Program-made: the position numbers and the translations under genes
Shown here: piece by piece, positions 1 to 9,442 of the stretch
How positions within the stretch are numbered: the stretch's first letter is position 1
Layout of the letters: each line of letters begins with the position of its first letter
The notes under the pieces: generated by a model
The model's input: only the letters and a program-made list of their open reading frames with translations
Database searches by the model: none
Told to the model about the DNA's origin: nothing
Assembly: GCA_008690995.1 (NCBI GenBank)
Contig: VRMN01000034.1
Location: forward strand, 1-41,429
DNA: 41,429 bases
Source: Porphyridium purpureum
Taxonomy: Eukaryota
Direction of reading: 5' to 3'

Positions 1-286
1 GCCACGGCGTCTTGATAAGCAGGCGGTGTTATTTTGATAGGAATCGGGGGGATGGGGAGGTACACGTTCACGTACTTTCAACCGAACGAAGGGAAAGAGC
101 GGGAGAAGAGCTGTGCGTGCGTGATTGTTGTTCAGAGCGCGCGCACGGGTCGGGGGGGGGCGGGGAAGGAGTGGGCGCGTGCACGCGGCGTTGGTGGGTA
201 GGTGGGCTTGCATCTGCCTCGGAGACGGGCGGCGATTCGCGAGGGAGCGTCGGGAGCGTAGGGGATCAAGGAGACGCAGAGGCACG

Positions 287-2857
287 ATGGACGAGGACGC
301 GATGCCCCCGCCGGGGTATGCCAAGTCGCTGTCGCAAAAGTTCGAGCAAGGATTTGCAAACGCGTCGCCAGACGCCGCGCGCGAGGTCGCGGCGGATGCG
401 CCCGCCGTCAGCGTGTCTGAGGGCGTGCGCAGCCTGTCGCAAAAGTTTGAGAGCAGCGGGTCGAAACCGGACGTCGCCACTGAGGCCGCCGCGGCGATCC
501 CGAGCAGCAGCAGCATGTTCAAGAGCGCGTCGCAAAAGTTCGAGGCGGCGCCGGTCGAGGCCTCTGCTGCGACGCCCACGAGCAGCAGCAGTGGCGGCGG
601 CGGCGTGCGCAGTCTTTCGCAGAAGTTTATGGTCCCGGAAACGGCGCAGGACACCCAGACGCCGCTGATCAAGAGCCTGTCGCAAAAGTACTCTGAGGGC
701 TCCACGACGCCAGCGCAAGCCGACCCCATGCCAGAGCGCGTGGTCACAGGCGGCAGCTCGGATATGGTCAGGGGTCTGTCGCAAAAGTACTCCGAGGGCC
801 CGCGAACGCCAGTGAACGACGATGATTCCATGCCGGAGCGGACGGTTACGACTGGCAGTACGGACATGGTAAAGAGTCTGTCGCAGAGGTTTGAGCAAGG
901 CGCGGTGACCGATATGGCTTCAGAGCCAGAATCCGCGTCGGGAATGATGTCAGCGCCTGTCGAAGAGGAGCCCAAGTCGCAGAGCTCTGTCGGTGTGCGC
1001 AGCCTGTCACAGAGGTTTGAAGGGGGATCGGTGGAAGCGGCCGCCGTGGCGACGGCTGCTGCGGTGGAAGCCGATGAAGATGAGGACGAGGATGAAGATG
1101 GTGACGCAGTGCTAGCCGAGGCAGAACACGAAGAGCCCAAATCGCACGGATCTACGGTACGCAGTTTGTCGCAAAAGTTTGAAAGTAACGCAGTGAGCGC
1201 TGCCGTAGCGGAAGAGGAGGCCGAGGAGAATGCGGATGATCAAATGGATCAGGCACTTGATCCGGAAGACACAGCCGCCATGGCTGCCGACGTGGCCAAT
1301 GAGGACTCCGATGTGGATTCCGATGCGGATTCTGACGCTGAGGTTGAGGCTGCTCGCGATAGCGTGAAGAGTCGAGAGGCCGCCGTGCCCCCTGTGCGTA
1401 CCGAGTCTGCCAAGCTTCGGGCCTTTGAGCGAGATGAGTCGGCGCTTCCGTTCATGGACGATGAAGGCAACTTTTATGGTCCGGCCCCGGAAAGCGTGAC
1501 CACCGTGCTGTCCGACGAGACGGTGAACGTGTCTACGGTAGGCCATACGGGCACACCACTCGAGTTTTGCTGGGTGAACGACAACTTGGCCTTCTCTGCG
1601 GGTGAGGACGGCAAAGTGGTACTGTGGGACGTAAACAGCTGCGAAGCGCTTTTGGCGTTTGTGCCGCATGCCGGCGAGCCGGTGGGTGTCATGGCTCTGC
1701 TGCCAACTCGCGAGGTGGACGGCGGGAAAGTGCTCAACCTGCTCACATTCTCGGAGGAGTCTCGCATTTTCAAAAAGTGGAAGGTATCAGCGCGCAACGC
1801 CCGGCTCATGCACTCGGTCCCGCTGCCGGAAAAGAACGGCACGCGCTCCATGATTTCGTTTGCTGAGTCGCTTGACGCCGTCGACATTTCTGATTTCTAT
1901 GAGCTGGACGACGACGGTGAGCTTGCACCAGAGTATGACCCGGCCGTCGTCTTCGCGCCACAGGAAGATGAAGCCGACGTCGCGCAGCAAGATGATGAGG
2001 AGGCAGTGGATGGCGATGCAGCCTTGGAACCAGACTCGGAAATTCTGGAGGGTGAGGAGGCGGACTTGGAGGATGAACAGCCGGGCGATGCTGCCGCTAA
2101 TGATTCAGAAGATGTTGCATTCGCAACGAGGGCACCGCCTATCGATGCTGACAGTGGAGATGCTGCGACAGAAGATGCCCTGTCGAAGGGCACGGTGCGT
2201 GGTCTGTCCACCGGGTTTGAGGGCGGCGCTGGAGCAGACAACGAGTCCGCAGCTCTCGCACAAGACCAGGCGATGGCATCGGTGGCAGAAGAGGCGCCTC
2301 CGACCGAAGAAGAAGTCGCCCCGGCACCCGCCAAGAATTCGCTGGCGTCAAGGTTCGCGATGTTTGAAAACAATATGGGGTCGCAAGTGGAAGAAAAGAA
2401 GACAATTCCAGTTGAACACTCGGACGAGATGAAGTCGCGATTTGCGATGTTTAACGAAAAGGTCGCAATGCCTCTGTCTGACTCGGAAGATGTCGTAGAA
2501 CCGGAAGCAGCAGCGACGGCTCCAAAGCTGACCGAGTCTATTGAGGAGGCGGTTCCAGAAGCGCCACGCACCAAGTCGATCAAGGATCTTATGGGTGCGT
2601 TTGACGGCTCATCGCCAAGCGCGCCGGAGGAGAGAGGCGTCGTGCCAGACCGTGAGATCTCGCGGGGTAAGTCAGTCAAGGATATGATGAGTGCGTTTGA
2701 TGGCAGTGGGTCGGCGGTGAAAGAGCCAGAGGACATCGTTGAGAATGTGGCGGTAGCGGCGCCCGAAACAGTCCCCGTAGACGCACGGGCGGATCCACCA
2801 GCGGACGATGCGGGGTCCAGCTTTAAGAATGCTTTTGCGATGTTTGGAGGCAAATAG
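287..2857 (+). CDS. Acidic low-complexity protein (~856 aa) with ~15 short amphipathic repeats (VRSLSQKFE-type) and two WD40-like blades
   Basis: Long ORF with first ATG at 287. Repeated [VI][RK]SLSQ[KR]F[EM] motifs. WD40-like GHTG...FSAGEDGKVVLWDV at ~1540-1635, and a second degenerate blade ending KKWKV. Confidence 0.85.
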   Translation: MDEDAMPPPGYAKSLSQKFEQGFANASPDAAREVAADAPAVSVSEGVRSLSQKFESSGSKPDVATEAAAAIPSSSSMFKSASQKFEAAPVEASAATPTSSSSGGGGVRSLSQKFMVPETAQDTQTPLIKSLSQKYSEGSTTPAQADPMPERVVTGGSSDMVRGLSQKYSEGPRTPVNDDDSMPERTVTTGSTDMVKSLSQRFEQGAVTDMASEPESASGMMSAPVEEEPKSQSSVGVRSLSQRFEGGSVEAAAVATAAAVEADEDEDEDEDGDAVLAEAEHEEPKSHGSTVRSLSQKFESNAVSAAVAEEEAEENADDQMDQALDPEDTAAMAADVANEDSDVDSDADSDAEVEAARDSVKSREAAVPPVRTESAKLRAFERDESALPFMDDEGNFYGPAPESVTTVLSDETVNVSTVGHTGTPLEFCWVNDNLAFSAGEDGKVVLWDVNSCEALLAFVPHAGEPVGVMALLPTREVDGGKVLNLLTFSEESRIFKKWKVSARNARLMHSVPLPEKNGTRSMISFAESLDAVDISDFYELDDDGELAPEYDPAVVFAPQEDEADVAQQDDEEAVDGDAALEPDSEILEGEEADLEDEQPGDAAANDSEDVAFATRAPPIDADSGDAATEDALSKGTVRGLSTGFEGGAGADNESAALAQDQAMASVAEEAPPTEEEVAPAPAKNSLASRFAMFENNMGSQVEEKKTIPVEHSDEMKSRFAMFNEKVAMPLSDSEDVVEPEAAATAPKLTESIEEAVPEAPRTKSIKDLMGAFDGSSPSAPEERGVVPDREISRGKSVKDMMSAFDGSGSAVKEPEDIVENVAVAAPETVPVDARADPPADDAGSSFKNAFAMFGGK

Positions 2858-3261
2858 TGCTTTGCTCGGCTGTGGTTGTGCTTTCCTTTCCCCCGCGGGA
2901 CGTCTGCCTTTTCTCTTTTAATCTTTTTTGGTTCTCTTTTGTATTTGAAGCGCCGCGCTACCCGGTGTGTGACCGGAATCTTATTCGTTTCTTGAACTCG
3001 TGGGAGGTAGCTGTAGCATCTTTCCGGCTCGGCTACTCATAACGGGGGCGATGTCCGCTTTCCTTGGATATCTGGAGTGACTTGGTAAAACCGCACATGA
3101 CCCAACGAGCTTGAGATTGACAAATGACACCGCAGTATTCTGAGCACGAACCCCACGCCACTGACTATTGTATTGAACCTTGCTCGATTTGCGCCAGACC
3201 TGTGCCGTCGGGCGACGCGCACATCCCTCTTGCGACACAGCGTGCCACCTGATAGCGTCGC

Positions 3262-4059
3262 TCAGAGCACCTTTCGCTGCTTGAGGCGCGTGAGCAGGAA
3301 TGAGGCCGTATACAGACCTGTCGCGACGATGAGCGTGCAGCTGAGCGTGCCCAGTCCCATAACGAGCAAAGCATTGCTGCGCGCGCTGTCAGCAGTCTGC
3401 ATCTCGGCGTCGCGGATGGCGTCGAGCTCCTTCACAATGACAACAAAGCGTTCGTGCAGAGTGTCAACCACGGTACGCAACTGCGTGAATTGCGCATCCT
3501 TGGCCAGTTCGCCGTGGCGGTCTTCGCCAGTCGGAATGGCTGCTTGCGTACGCCATGAGACAATGCGCTCCGTGTTCGGCGCCTTGGACAAATGAAGGTG
3601 CATTCCACGGCCTCCGCCACGTGATGCATCGCCGTTGGGCGAGCAGGTCGCGCGGAAGCAGACACGGAAATCACCTCCTAACCCGCTCGCAATGGTGTGT
3701 TTTACGTGGTCCATGTCGTGCGCCTCGAAAACGGCCGCTTCGTGCGCTGAAGACAATTCGGAGCGCACGCTCAGGTCTACCTGGAAGTCACCCTTCCCAT
3801 GCACCACCCATGCCTCCACTTGCACCTCAACGTCCGGCTCGAAGGCCTCTACGAAGCATTTTTCCGAGTTGGCCTCCAGGCTCAGCTCAAATGCCGCCAC
3901 TACTGGCAGATGCGCCTCGATCGAGCTCAAACCAAGCCGTTCGGCACAGTTGCTCAGGGCAGAGAGCAGCCGCGCAAAAGCCCACAGAAGCGCAAGCGTC
4001 TGGAACACGCCGAATCTCCGCCTCCGTGATGACGAGTCGCAAGCAGCAAACGCCACCAT
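3262..4059 (-). CDS. emp24/gp25L/p24 family (GOLD domain) cargo receptor
   Basis: LEANSEKCFVEAF...GGDFRVCF GOLD pattern, then a coiled coil, a C-terminal TM (LLVMGLGTLSCTLIVATGL) and a basic tail LKQRKVL. Start taken at ATG 4059 (MVAFAAC), which is followed by a hydrophobic signal-like segment. Confidence 0.8.
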   Translation of the reverse strand: MVAFAACDSSSRRRRFGVFQTLALLWAFARLLSALSNCAERLGLSSIEAHLPVVAAFELSLEANSEKCFVEAFEPDVEVQVEAWVVHGKGDFQVDLSVRSELSSAHEAAVFEAHDMDHVKHTIASGLGGDFRVCFRATCSPNGDASRGGGRGMHLHLSKAPNTERIVSWRTQAAIPTGEDRHGELAKDAQFTQLRTVVDTLHERFVVIVKELDAIRDAEMQTADSARSNALLVMGLGTLSCTLIVATGLYTASFLLTRLKQRKVL

Positions 4060-4832
4060 GATCGGGTTAGCCCCCCGTCTAAGCGCGTGACTGGATGCAG
4101 TTTCCAGTTTCCTGTGCGTAGCCTGTTCACGCTCAGAGACAAACACGTGGCCAGTAGGCCTCAACGAACTGCCAATGTCCGCTAGTGGCACCGTCCGCAA
4201 CTTCACTGGAAAAAGAATGGTGCACGGGTCTGAGCGCGAGACAAGCGGCATGCGCGACTGGCATTCGCTGAAATTCCTGCCAGGACGCTCGCAAGGAAGT
4301 GGCGTCCTGCAAAGCCGCCTTCCGTGTTGCAACGACACCTTTTCACGCGCGGTGCAGCAGCTCAACTGTGTGAGACAAATAGACATGGTGGGCGCGGCCA
4401 CAAACAAGGCTGCTCGGCGAAGACTCAACATTTTTCATTTAGAGGGGGTGGGGAGCTGTCGTTCCCACAGTAACTTTTAATCGTAGATACTGCGCAGCAG
4501 CTCCCAGTTCTTTCATTGGATTATAAAAACTAAAGAATGTGCAGCATCCCCGGCGCGCTCGTTCTGCGCACGTCACTCGATGCAAGCGCACAGCACGCGC
4601 TTGCACAATACCTCTTTGGCATGACTGCAACTCTGATGCGCGGGGTTCTTTGCATAACGCACACAGCCATTCTGCTACGTGTCAGCGTGCAGGACCGCAT
4701 ACGCGCAGAATTGGCTTGTGTCTCCATCCAGAACACCATCCTTCCGAGCTGCGACGCAAATTGGCGCCTACGTATGCCATGCGCCTCCTTCACCATTCCT
4801 GCGTTCGTGCCTGCTCTGATGCACGCTTCGTC

Positions 4833-6578
4833 CTACGCGAGCTCGCCGTGAAGGCTGCCAGCCTCGAGTGCGCTGTCTTCGGGGGCGCCGTCGTCTTCGA
4901 GCTCGTGAAATTCGAGAATAAAAGAGTCCATGGCGTACAGAACGCCAAACATGCGCGAGTCGGCATAACACAGCAGCAAGGCCGGGCCCCACTCTGGATA
5001 CTGGAAGCCATGCTGCGCGACGCGGCCCTGACAGCGGTGCACGTGCACAACTTGATGGGCCTCGTCATGAAAGTGAGCCAGTTCAACGAGCGCGGTGCGC
5101 AGCCCGCTGAACACGGCCTCATCATCCACGTACTCTGCGCGTGCAGCAAAGCTGGCGTGACCCGCGGGTACGTTCGGATCGCCTGTGACTTTTGTTCCAA
5201 CAATGAACTCGCCATCTGCACCTTCAAAGCCAACACGCCGCGACAACTCGACAAATTCTGCACCATGCGGACCATACAGGCCCCAGCTAAGCCCAGCCCG
5301 CCGCGGACAGGGACATAGCGCGTTATCGAGCAAGCCCGTCCTCCAATTACGGTTGGAGCTTTCACCTCGCTGGCGGCGACCAGCGGCTGGCGGCGCGACA
5401 CTTCGATATATCACTTGGCGCGGCCAATACTCGACGGGCACATGGCCGTGTTGCAGGTAGCGAACAAAGCGTTCCATCACTTGTGCGCGTGTCGCGCTCA
5501 AGTCCAGGTGCGCAGTGGTATACGGCCCGAGCTGCGTGGCGACTTGGATCGCCAGTAGATCAACATTCGACTGAGGTTGCTCCTGATTCAGAGACAGACT
5601 AGAGCCGTGAGTGCTGCCTTGCTCGTGGCCCTCACGTTGACTTACCTCATGTGCGGCCCGTGGTGATGACCACGCCCGCGTCACGGTGAACTTTCGACTT
5701 TCGCCATCTGTGTGACCGCCGCCATGTTCAATGACAAGCGGCAGGTTCGCTGGCGGTTCACTGGCCACAGCCCTCGCTTGTGCGACGGCAAGTGCGTTGA
5801 TGTACGATGGCGGGGGAGGCGGGGAGTCGCAATAAAGTAAGTTGTTCTGCGCGTCGACGCCTTCGTGAGGACGCTCAAACCAAACCAGGCGCAAGTTCAG
5901 ACGCACGGCTTCGGACATGAATGAGCTGTCTTGACTATTGCTTCCGGACTGGCTGGACTCGTAGGGTTCTACGGCAAACACCGGATCAAAAACGAGGTGC
6001 GGATTCATGGCACTGAGACCGGCAGCCTCTGCGCGGTCCGATGCGTCGTATCGGATGGCAGCTCGCTCCGCAACGAGGCGGCCTGTTTCATCGAGTCGCA
6101 CGCGTAGCAGCTGACCACGCGGGGCCGTGCTGGCTCCCCACCAGCCTTCAAGAGGCTGCATGTACGCATGCACAAAGTGCGCGATGTTGCGCGCCCCGGC
6201 TATGCGGCGCGACAGTGCTGCCAAGGCGCGATCTGCGCCTCTCTCCGCTTGACGTCTGGCAGAGTGAATCTTCATGACCTGGGACGGATGAGCAGCATGC
6301 TCCTGGCCCAGTGGGAGAGCCTCCACTGCATCTGCGACACGGATGCCGCCGTCGAAGTTCTGAGCCGATGCAGAGCCGATGAGGCAAGAAGCGAGCGCAT
6401 TGCGTGCAATCTTAATCCACAGCAAGCTCTCCGGGTGCAAAAGGTTGCTGAAAATTCGCGCTGTACACTGCAATTCGACCAGCGTTCGGAGAGGTAGTTG
6501 GGACGCAATGCGCGCGAGCGCGTCGTCGTCCAGATCCGCCAGCCCACGGGGCGCGTTCCTGTTCTCATTCGTGTTCAT
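4833..6578 (-). CDS. F-box protein with C-terminal DUF3506/cyclin-D1-binding-like domain (FBXO31-like)
   Basis: N-terminal F-box LADLDDDALARIASQLPLRTLVELQCTAR...LLW. C-terminal WGLYGPHGAEFVEL...GTKVTGDPNVPAGHASF motif. Confidence 0.85.
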   Translation of the reverse strand: MNTNENRNAPRGLADLDDDALARIASQLPLRTLVELQCTARIFSNLLHPESLLWIKIARNALASCLIGSASAQNFDGGIRVADAVEALPLGQEHAAHPSQVMKIHSARRQAERGADRALAALSRRIAGARNIAHFVHAYMQPLEGWWGASTAPRGQLLRVRLDETGRLVAERAAIRYDASDRAEAAGLSAMNPHLVFDPVFAVEPYESSQSGSNSQDSSFMSEAVRLNLRLVWFERPHEGVDAQNNLLYCDSPPPPPSYINALAVAQARAVASEPPANLPLVIEHGGGHTDGESRKFTVTRAWSSPRAAHEVSQREGHEQGSTHGSSLSLNQEQPQSNVDLLAIQVATQLGPYTTAHLDLSATRAQVMERFVRYLQHGHVPVEYWPRQVIYRSVAPPAAGRRQRGESSNRNWRTGLLDNALCPCPRRAGLSWGLYGPHGAEFVELSRRVGFEGADGEFIVGTKVTGDPNVPAGHASFAARAEYVDDEAVFSGLRTALVELAHFHDEAHQVVHVHRCQGRVAQHGFQYPEWGPALLLCYADSRMFGVLYAMDSFILEFHELEDDGAPEDSALEAGSLHGELA

Positions 6579-7066
6579 CGTGCTTCCGCTTCGCCATATG
6601 CCCGCATGGCACGACGACGTGACTGCCAGACCCTGCGTCCTTTGTTCGTCGAATCACAACCGCAGGAGACGTGCGAAGCTGTCGAACCAAGCGGTCTGAT
6701 CAAATAAAAGCTCCAGCTTTTGCATCAGCAGCCAAGTCCCGCACACCGTGCTCTCCTATTCTTTTGGCCGCGCAGGACGACGCGCCGTGACTGCCAAGGT
6801 GCGGTACTTTCTCCGCGCGGCGTCCGTCTGGCAAAAGGGAGCCCGCGACCTCGTTCCGCAGGTCCGCGAGGCGGTACGATCAGCTCGTGAGCATGTCGGC
6901 TGCGCGTGACTCTCAAAGAAGCTTTATGGGGGTGTTTGAACAAATTTGCGTTTAATCCGTGGAGGCTGACGTTCAAGCGTGTGCACGTGACAAGCCGCGC
7001 TTGCCTTTGTGCGCGCGCTCCAAGGCAAGAACGCGGCGCCGAGGCCGTGCGCCTGGCTCTGCGGGA

Positions 7067-8941
7067 ATGGCAGCCTTCAATTGCGGTTGGATTCCGTGCC
7101 GCCTGAACAGCAGCGTGGGCGACAATGTATCGCCTTTGCATATGCGTATCCACGTAGCTGGCGCACAAGAGCGCTCCGTGATCAGAGGATACGTGACAGA
7201 GACCGCTCACTGTCATGGCTGGATTCGCAGTGGGCCCAGATGTGCGCGCAAGCCAACACTTGGGAGATTGATGGCGCTGCGTCACCGTGTGAGACAGGTC
7301 ACGCGATACAGCTGCAGCAGCATGGATATGGATGCAGATGGTAATGCGGCTGATGTCATAGCGGCCGGCGCCGATGAGCTGAGCACCACAGATAGGACGC
7401 CATCTCCGTCACCCTTGGCGACAACCAAAGAACGTAGTGATTACGACGCAGCTCTGGATGCGGTTCCGCCACGACACGAGCAGGAGCGCGAATTTAGAAA
7501 GGCACTGATTGGTCTCGCGGTGCCAGCCATGGGTGCAGTGCTGGTGGACCCCTTTTTGTCCATTGTGGATACCATGTACGTCGCACGCCTTGGCACGCTT
7601 CAACTCGCGTCGCTAGGGCCGTGCACGTCGCTTTTCAACTTTATTTTCTCAGCGTGGATGCCGCTTTTCACCATCTCAACGTCTGTGGCGGTGAGCAGTT
7701 GTTTCAAGTGCGACATGGCAAGCAACCCCGAAGACAGTGATGGAGTGCCGGCAGATGGCCTGCTGTGTTCACCCGACGCGCGCAAAGCGGCTCAGATTGT
7801 GCTGTTTGCTGGTACCCTGGCAGTCTGTGTAGGCCTCGCGTTGCTTCTGGTGGCATGGCAGTTTGCAGAGCCGCTTCTTCGCGCTGTGAATGCGTCGGAC
7901 GCCCTCATGCCGCACGCTCTAGGCTATTTGCGCGCGCGTCTGCTCGCGCTTCCATTTCTTTTTGTGCTCTTGGTGTGCGACGGTGCGCATCGAGGTGTCT
8001 CGGACACGCGCACTCCTCTCGTGATGTCGACATTGTGTGGGGCGATCAACTGCGTGCTCGACCCGTTACTTATGTTCCAGTTCGGCTGGGGCGTACCAGG
8101 CGCAGCCGCAGCCACCTCGGCAGCGCAGATTATTGTTGCACTCGCTTTTGCTCAGCGTGTGCTCGCACAGCCGCAGCGGTTTGATATTCGCGGCGCCATC
8201 CATGCTCGCATGCCTTTTCCGGCACGCGCCGACCGCATGGCGTTTTTCCGCGCGTCATCTGCCCTGCTGGTGCGCCAACTCACCAACGTGTCTGTGTGGA
8301 CGCTGATGAGCGCCTTTGCAAGTCGCATGGGAGTGCTGCACACCGCCGCGCACCAGGTCGTAATCACGGCATTTGTCTTTTGCGGGTACTTGCACGACGG
8401 TGTCGCGGTAGCGGGTCAGATCCTTACATCCCGTTACCTACAACTGCGTCCGACTCGTGTTGCTCTGCGCGTGGCGCGCCGTTTTGTGTCCACCGCCGCG
8501 CGACTTAGTCTTGTGAGCTCCTTGGGAATTGCGCTCGCTGCACAAGCGTCACTGCACCTGTGGGTGCCCGCACTTGCGTCGGATACTGCGGTCCGTGCCA
8601 TGGCCACGCGCACGTTGCGCGCGCTGCTGCTGCTCTATCCGGTTTTTACGCAGGTGTGGCTTCGCGACGCGCTTTCATTTGGTGCTCAAGACTATGCCTT
8701 TAATGCACGCGCACTCGTTGCCGCGACGCTTATGGTCGTACCGGTTTTTGCTCTAATCACCGCGGCGCGCCCCTCTACTGTGGGCCTGGCAATGGGCTTC
8801 GGCGCGGGCTTTGAGCCCTCTGTGACGGCGCTGTGGGCCGCGCTTGCGCTAGCCTATTTTCTACCTCGCCTTCTGATGCACTTACACCGCCTCTACATGA
8901 GTCGCACGGGGCCCTTCGCGACAGCAACCGGCTGGAGGTAG
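7067..8941 (+). CDS. MATE (DinF-like) efflux transporter, probably plastid-targeted
   Basis: LAVPAMGAVLVDPFLSIVDTMYVARLG, RGVSDTRTPL, INCVLDPLLMFQFGWGVPGAAAAT and AAHQV motifs, with many TM segments. N-terminal extension starts MAAF at ATG 7067; the start is inferred. Confidence 0.9.
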   Translation: MAAFNCGWIPCRLNSSVGDNVSPLHMRIHVAGAQERSVIRGYVTETAHCHGWIRSGPRCARKPTLGRLMALRHRVRQVTRYSCSSMDMDADGNAADVIAAGADELSTTDRTPSPSPLATTKERSDYDAALDAVPPRHEQEREFRKALIGLAVPAMGAVLVDPFLSIVDTMYVARLGTLQLASLGPCTSLFNFIFSAWMPLFTISTSVAVSSCFKCDMASNPEDSDGVPADGLLCSPDARKAAQIVLFAGTLAVCVGLALLLVAWQFAEPLLRAVNASDALMPHALGYLRARLLALPFLFVLLVCDGAHRGVSDTRTPLVMSTLCGAINCVLDPLLMFQFGWGVPGAAAATSAAQIIVALAFAQRVLAQPQRFDIRGAIHARMPFPARADRMAFFRASSALLVRQLTNVSVWTLMSAFASRMGVLHTAAHQVVITAFVFCGYLHDGVAVAGQILTSRYLQLRPTRVALRVARRFVSTAARLSLVSSLGIALAAQASLHLWVPALASDTAVRAMATRTLRALLLLYPVFTQVWLRDALSFGAQDYAFNARALVAATLMVVPVFALITAARPSTVGLAMGFGAGFEPSVTALWAALALAYFLPRLLMHLHRLYMSRTGPFATATGWR

Positions 8942-9442
8942 TCCAGCGGCGTTGGCTCTTTCGGATAATATCCGCCTGTCTTTGGCAAGTTGATTCGGGT
9001 CTGCTGTATTATTCGTAAGTGCGGAATGTTGGTGAGGACGCCGACATCCGCACGAGAGCGTTGCATGTTCACGTCTGGATGACACAGCTGGACGCAATGT
9101 ACATTGGTCCAAAGAAGCAACGGGAGAAAACCATGTCGGAAGAGAAGGACGACCGTGCCCGCTTGGATTTTGCGACGTGATGCTGCAGAAAGGGAAAAAA
9201 AAACTCCATTATTGTCTCTTCATGATGATACTTGACTTCTCACACGCTGAAGCGAGGCTGACCTAGCCTCCCTTGTCCTTCTATCAAAGCGACCCAGAAG
9301 ATTGGGCAAATTGCGGAAAAAAAAACATGCGTACATCTGAAGTGTTGCCATATCTCGCAACCATGTCGAGTCGCCTTGCCGTGAAAATTCGAGCAGAAAG
9401 CTTTGTGATGCGCAGGGTCCGCTTCTCGTAATTTTGCCCTTT

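Noticed and set aside
12..2853. Long alternative-frame and antisense ORFs over the first gene (e.g. 12-668, 1897-2853)
   Set aside because: Shadows of a GC-rich, biased coding sequence with no motifs. The same applies to antisense ORFs over pol and the CRE element.
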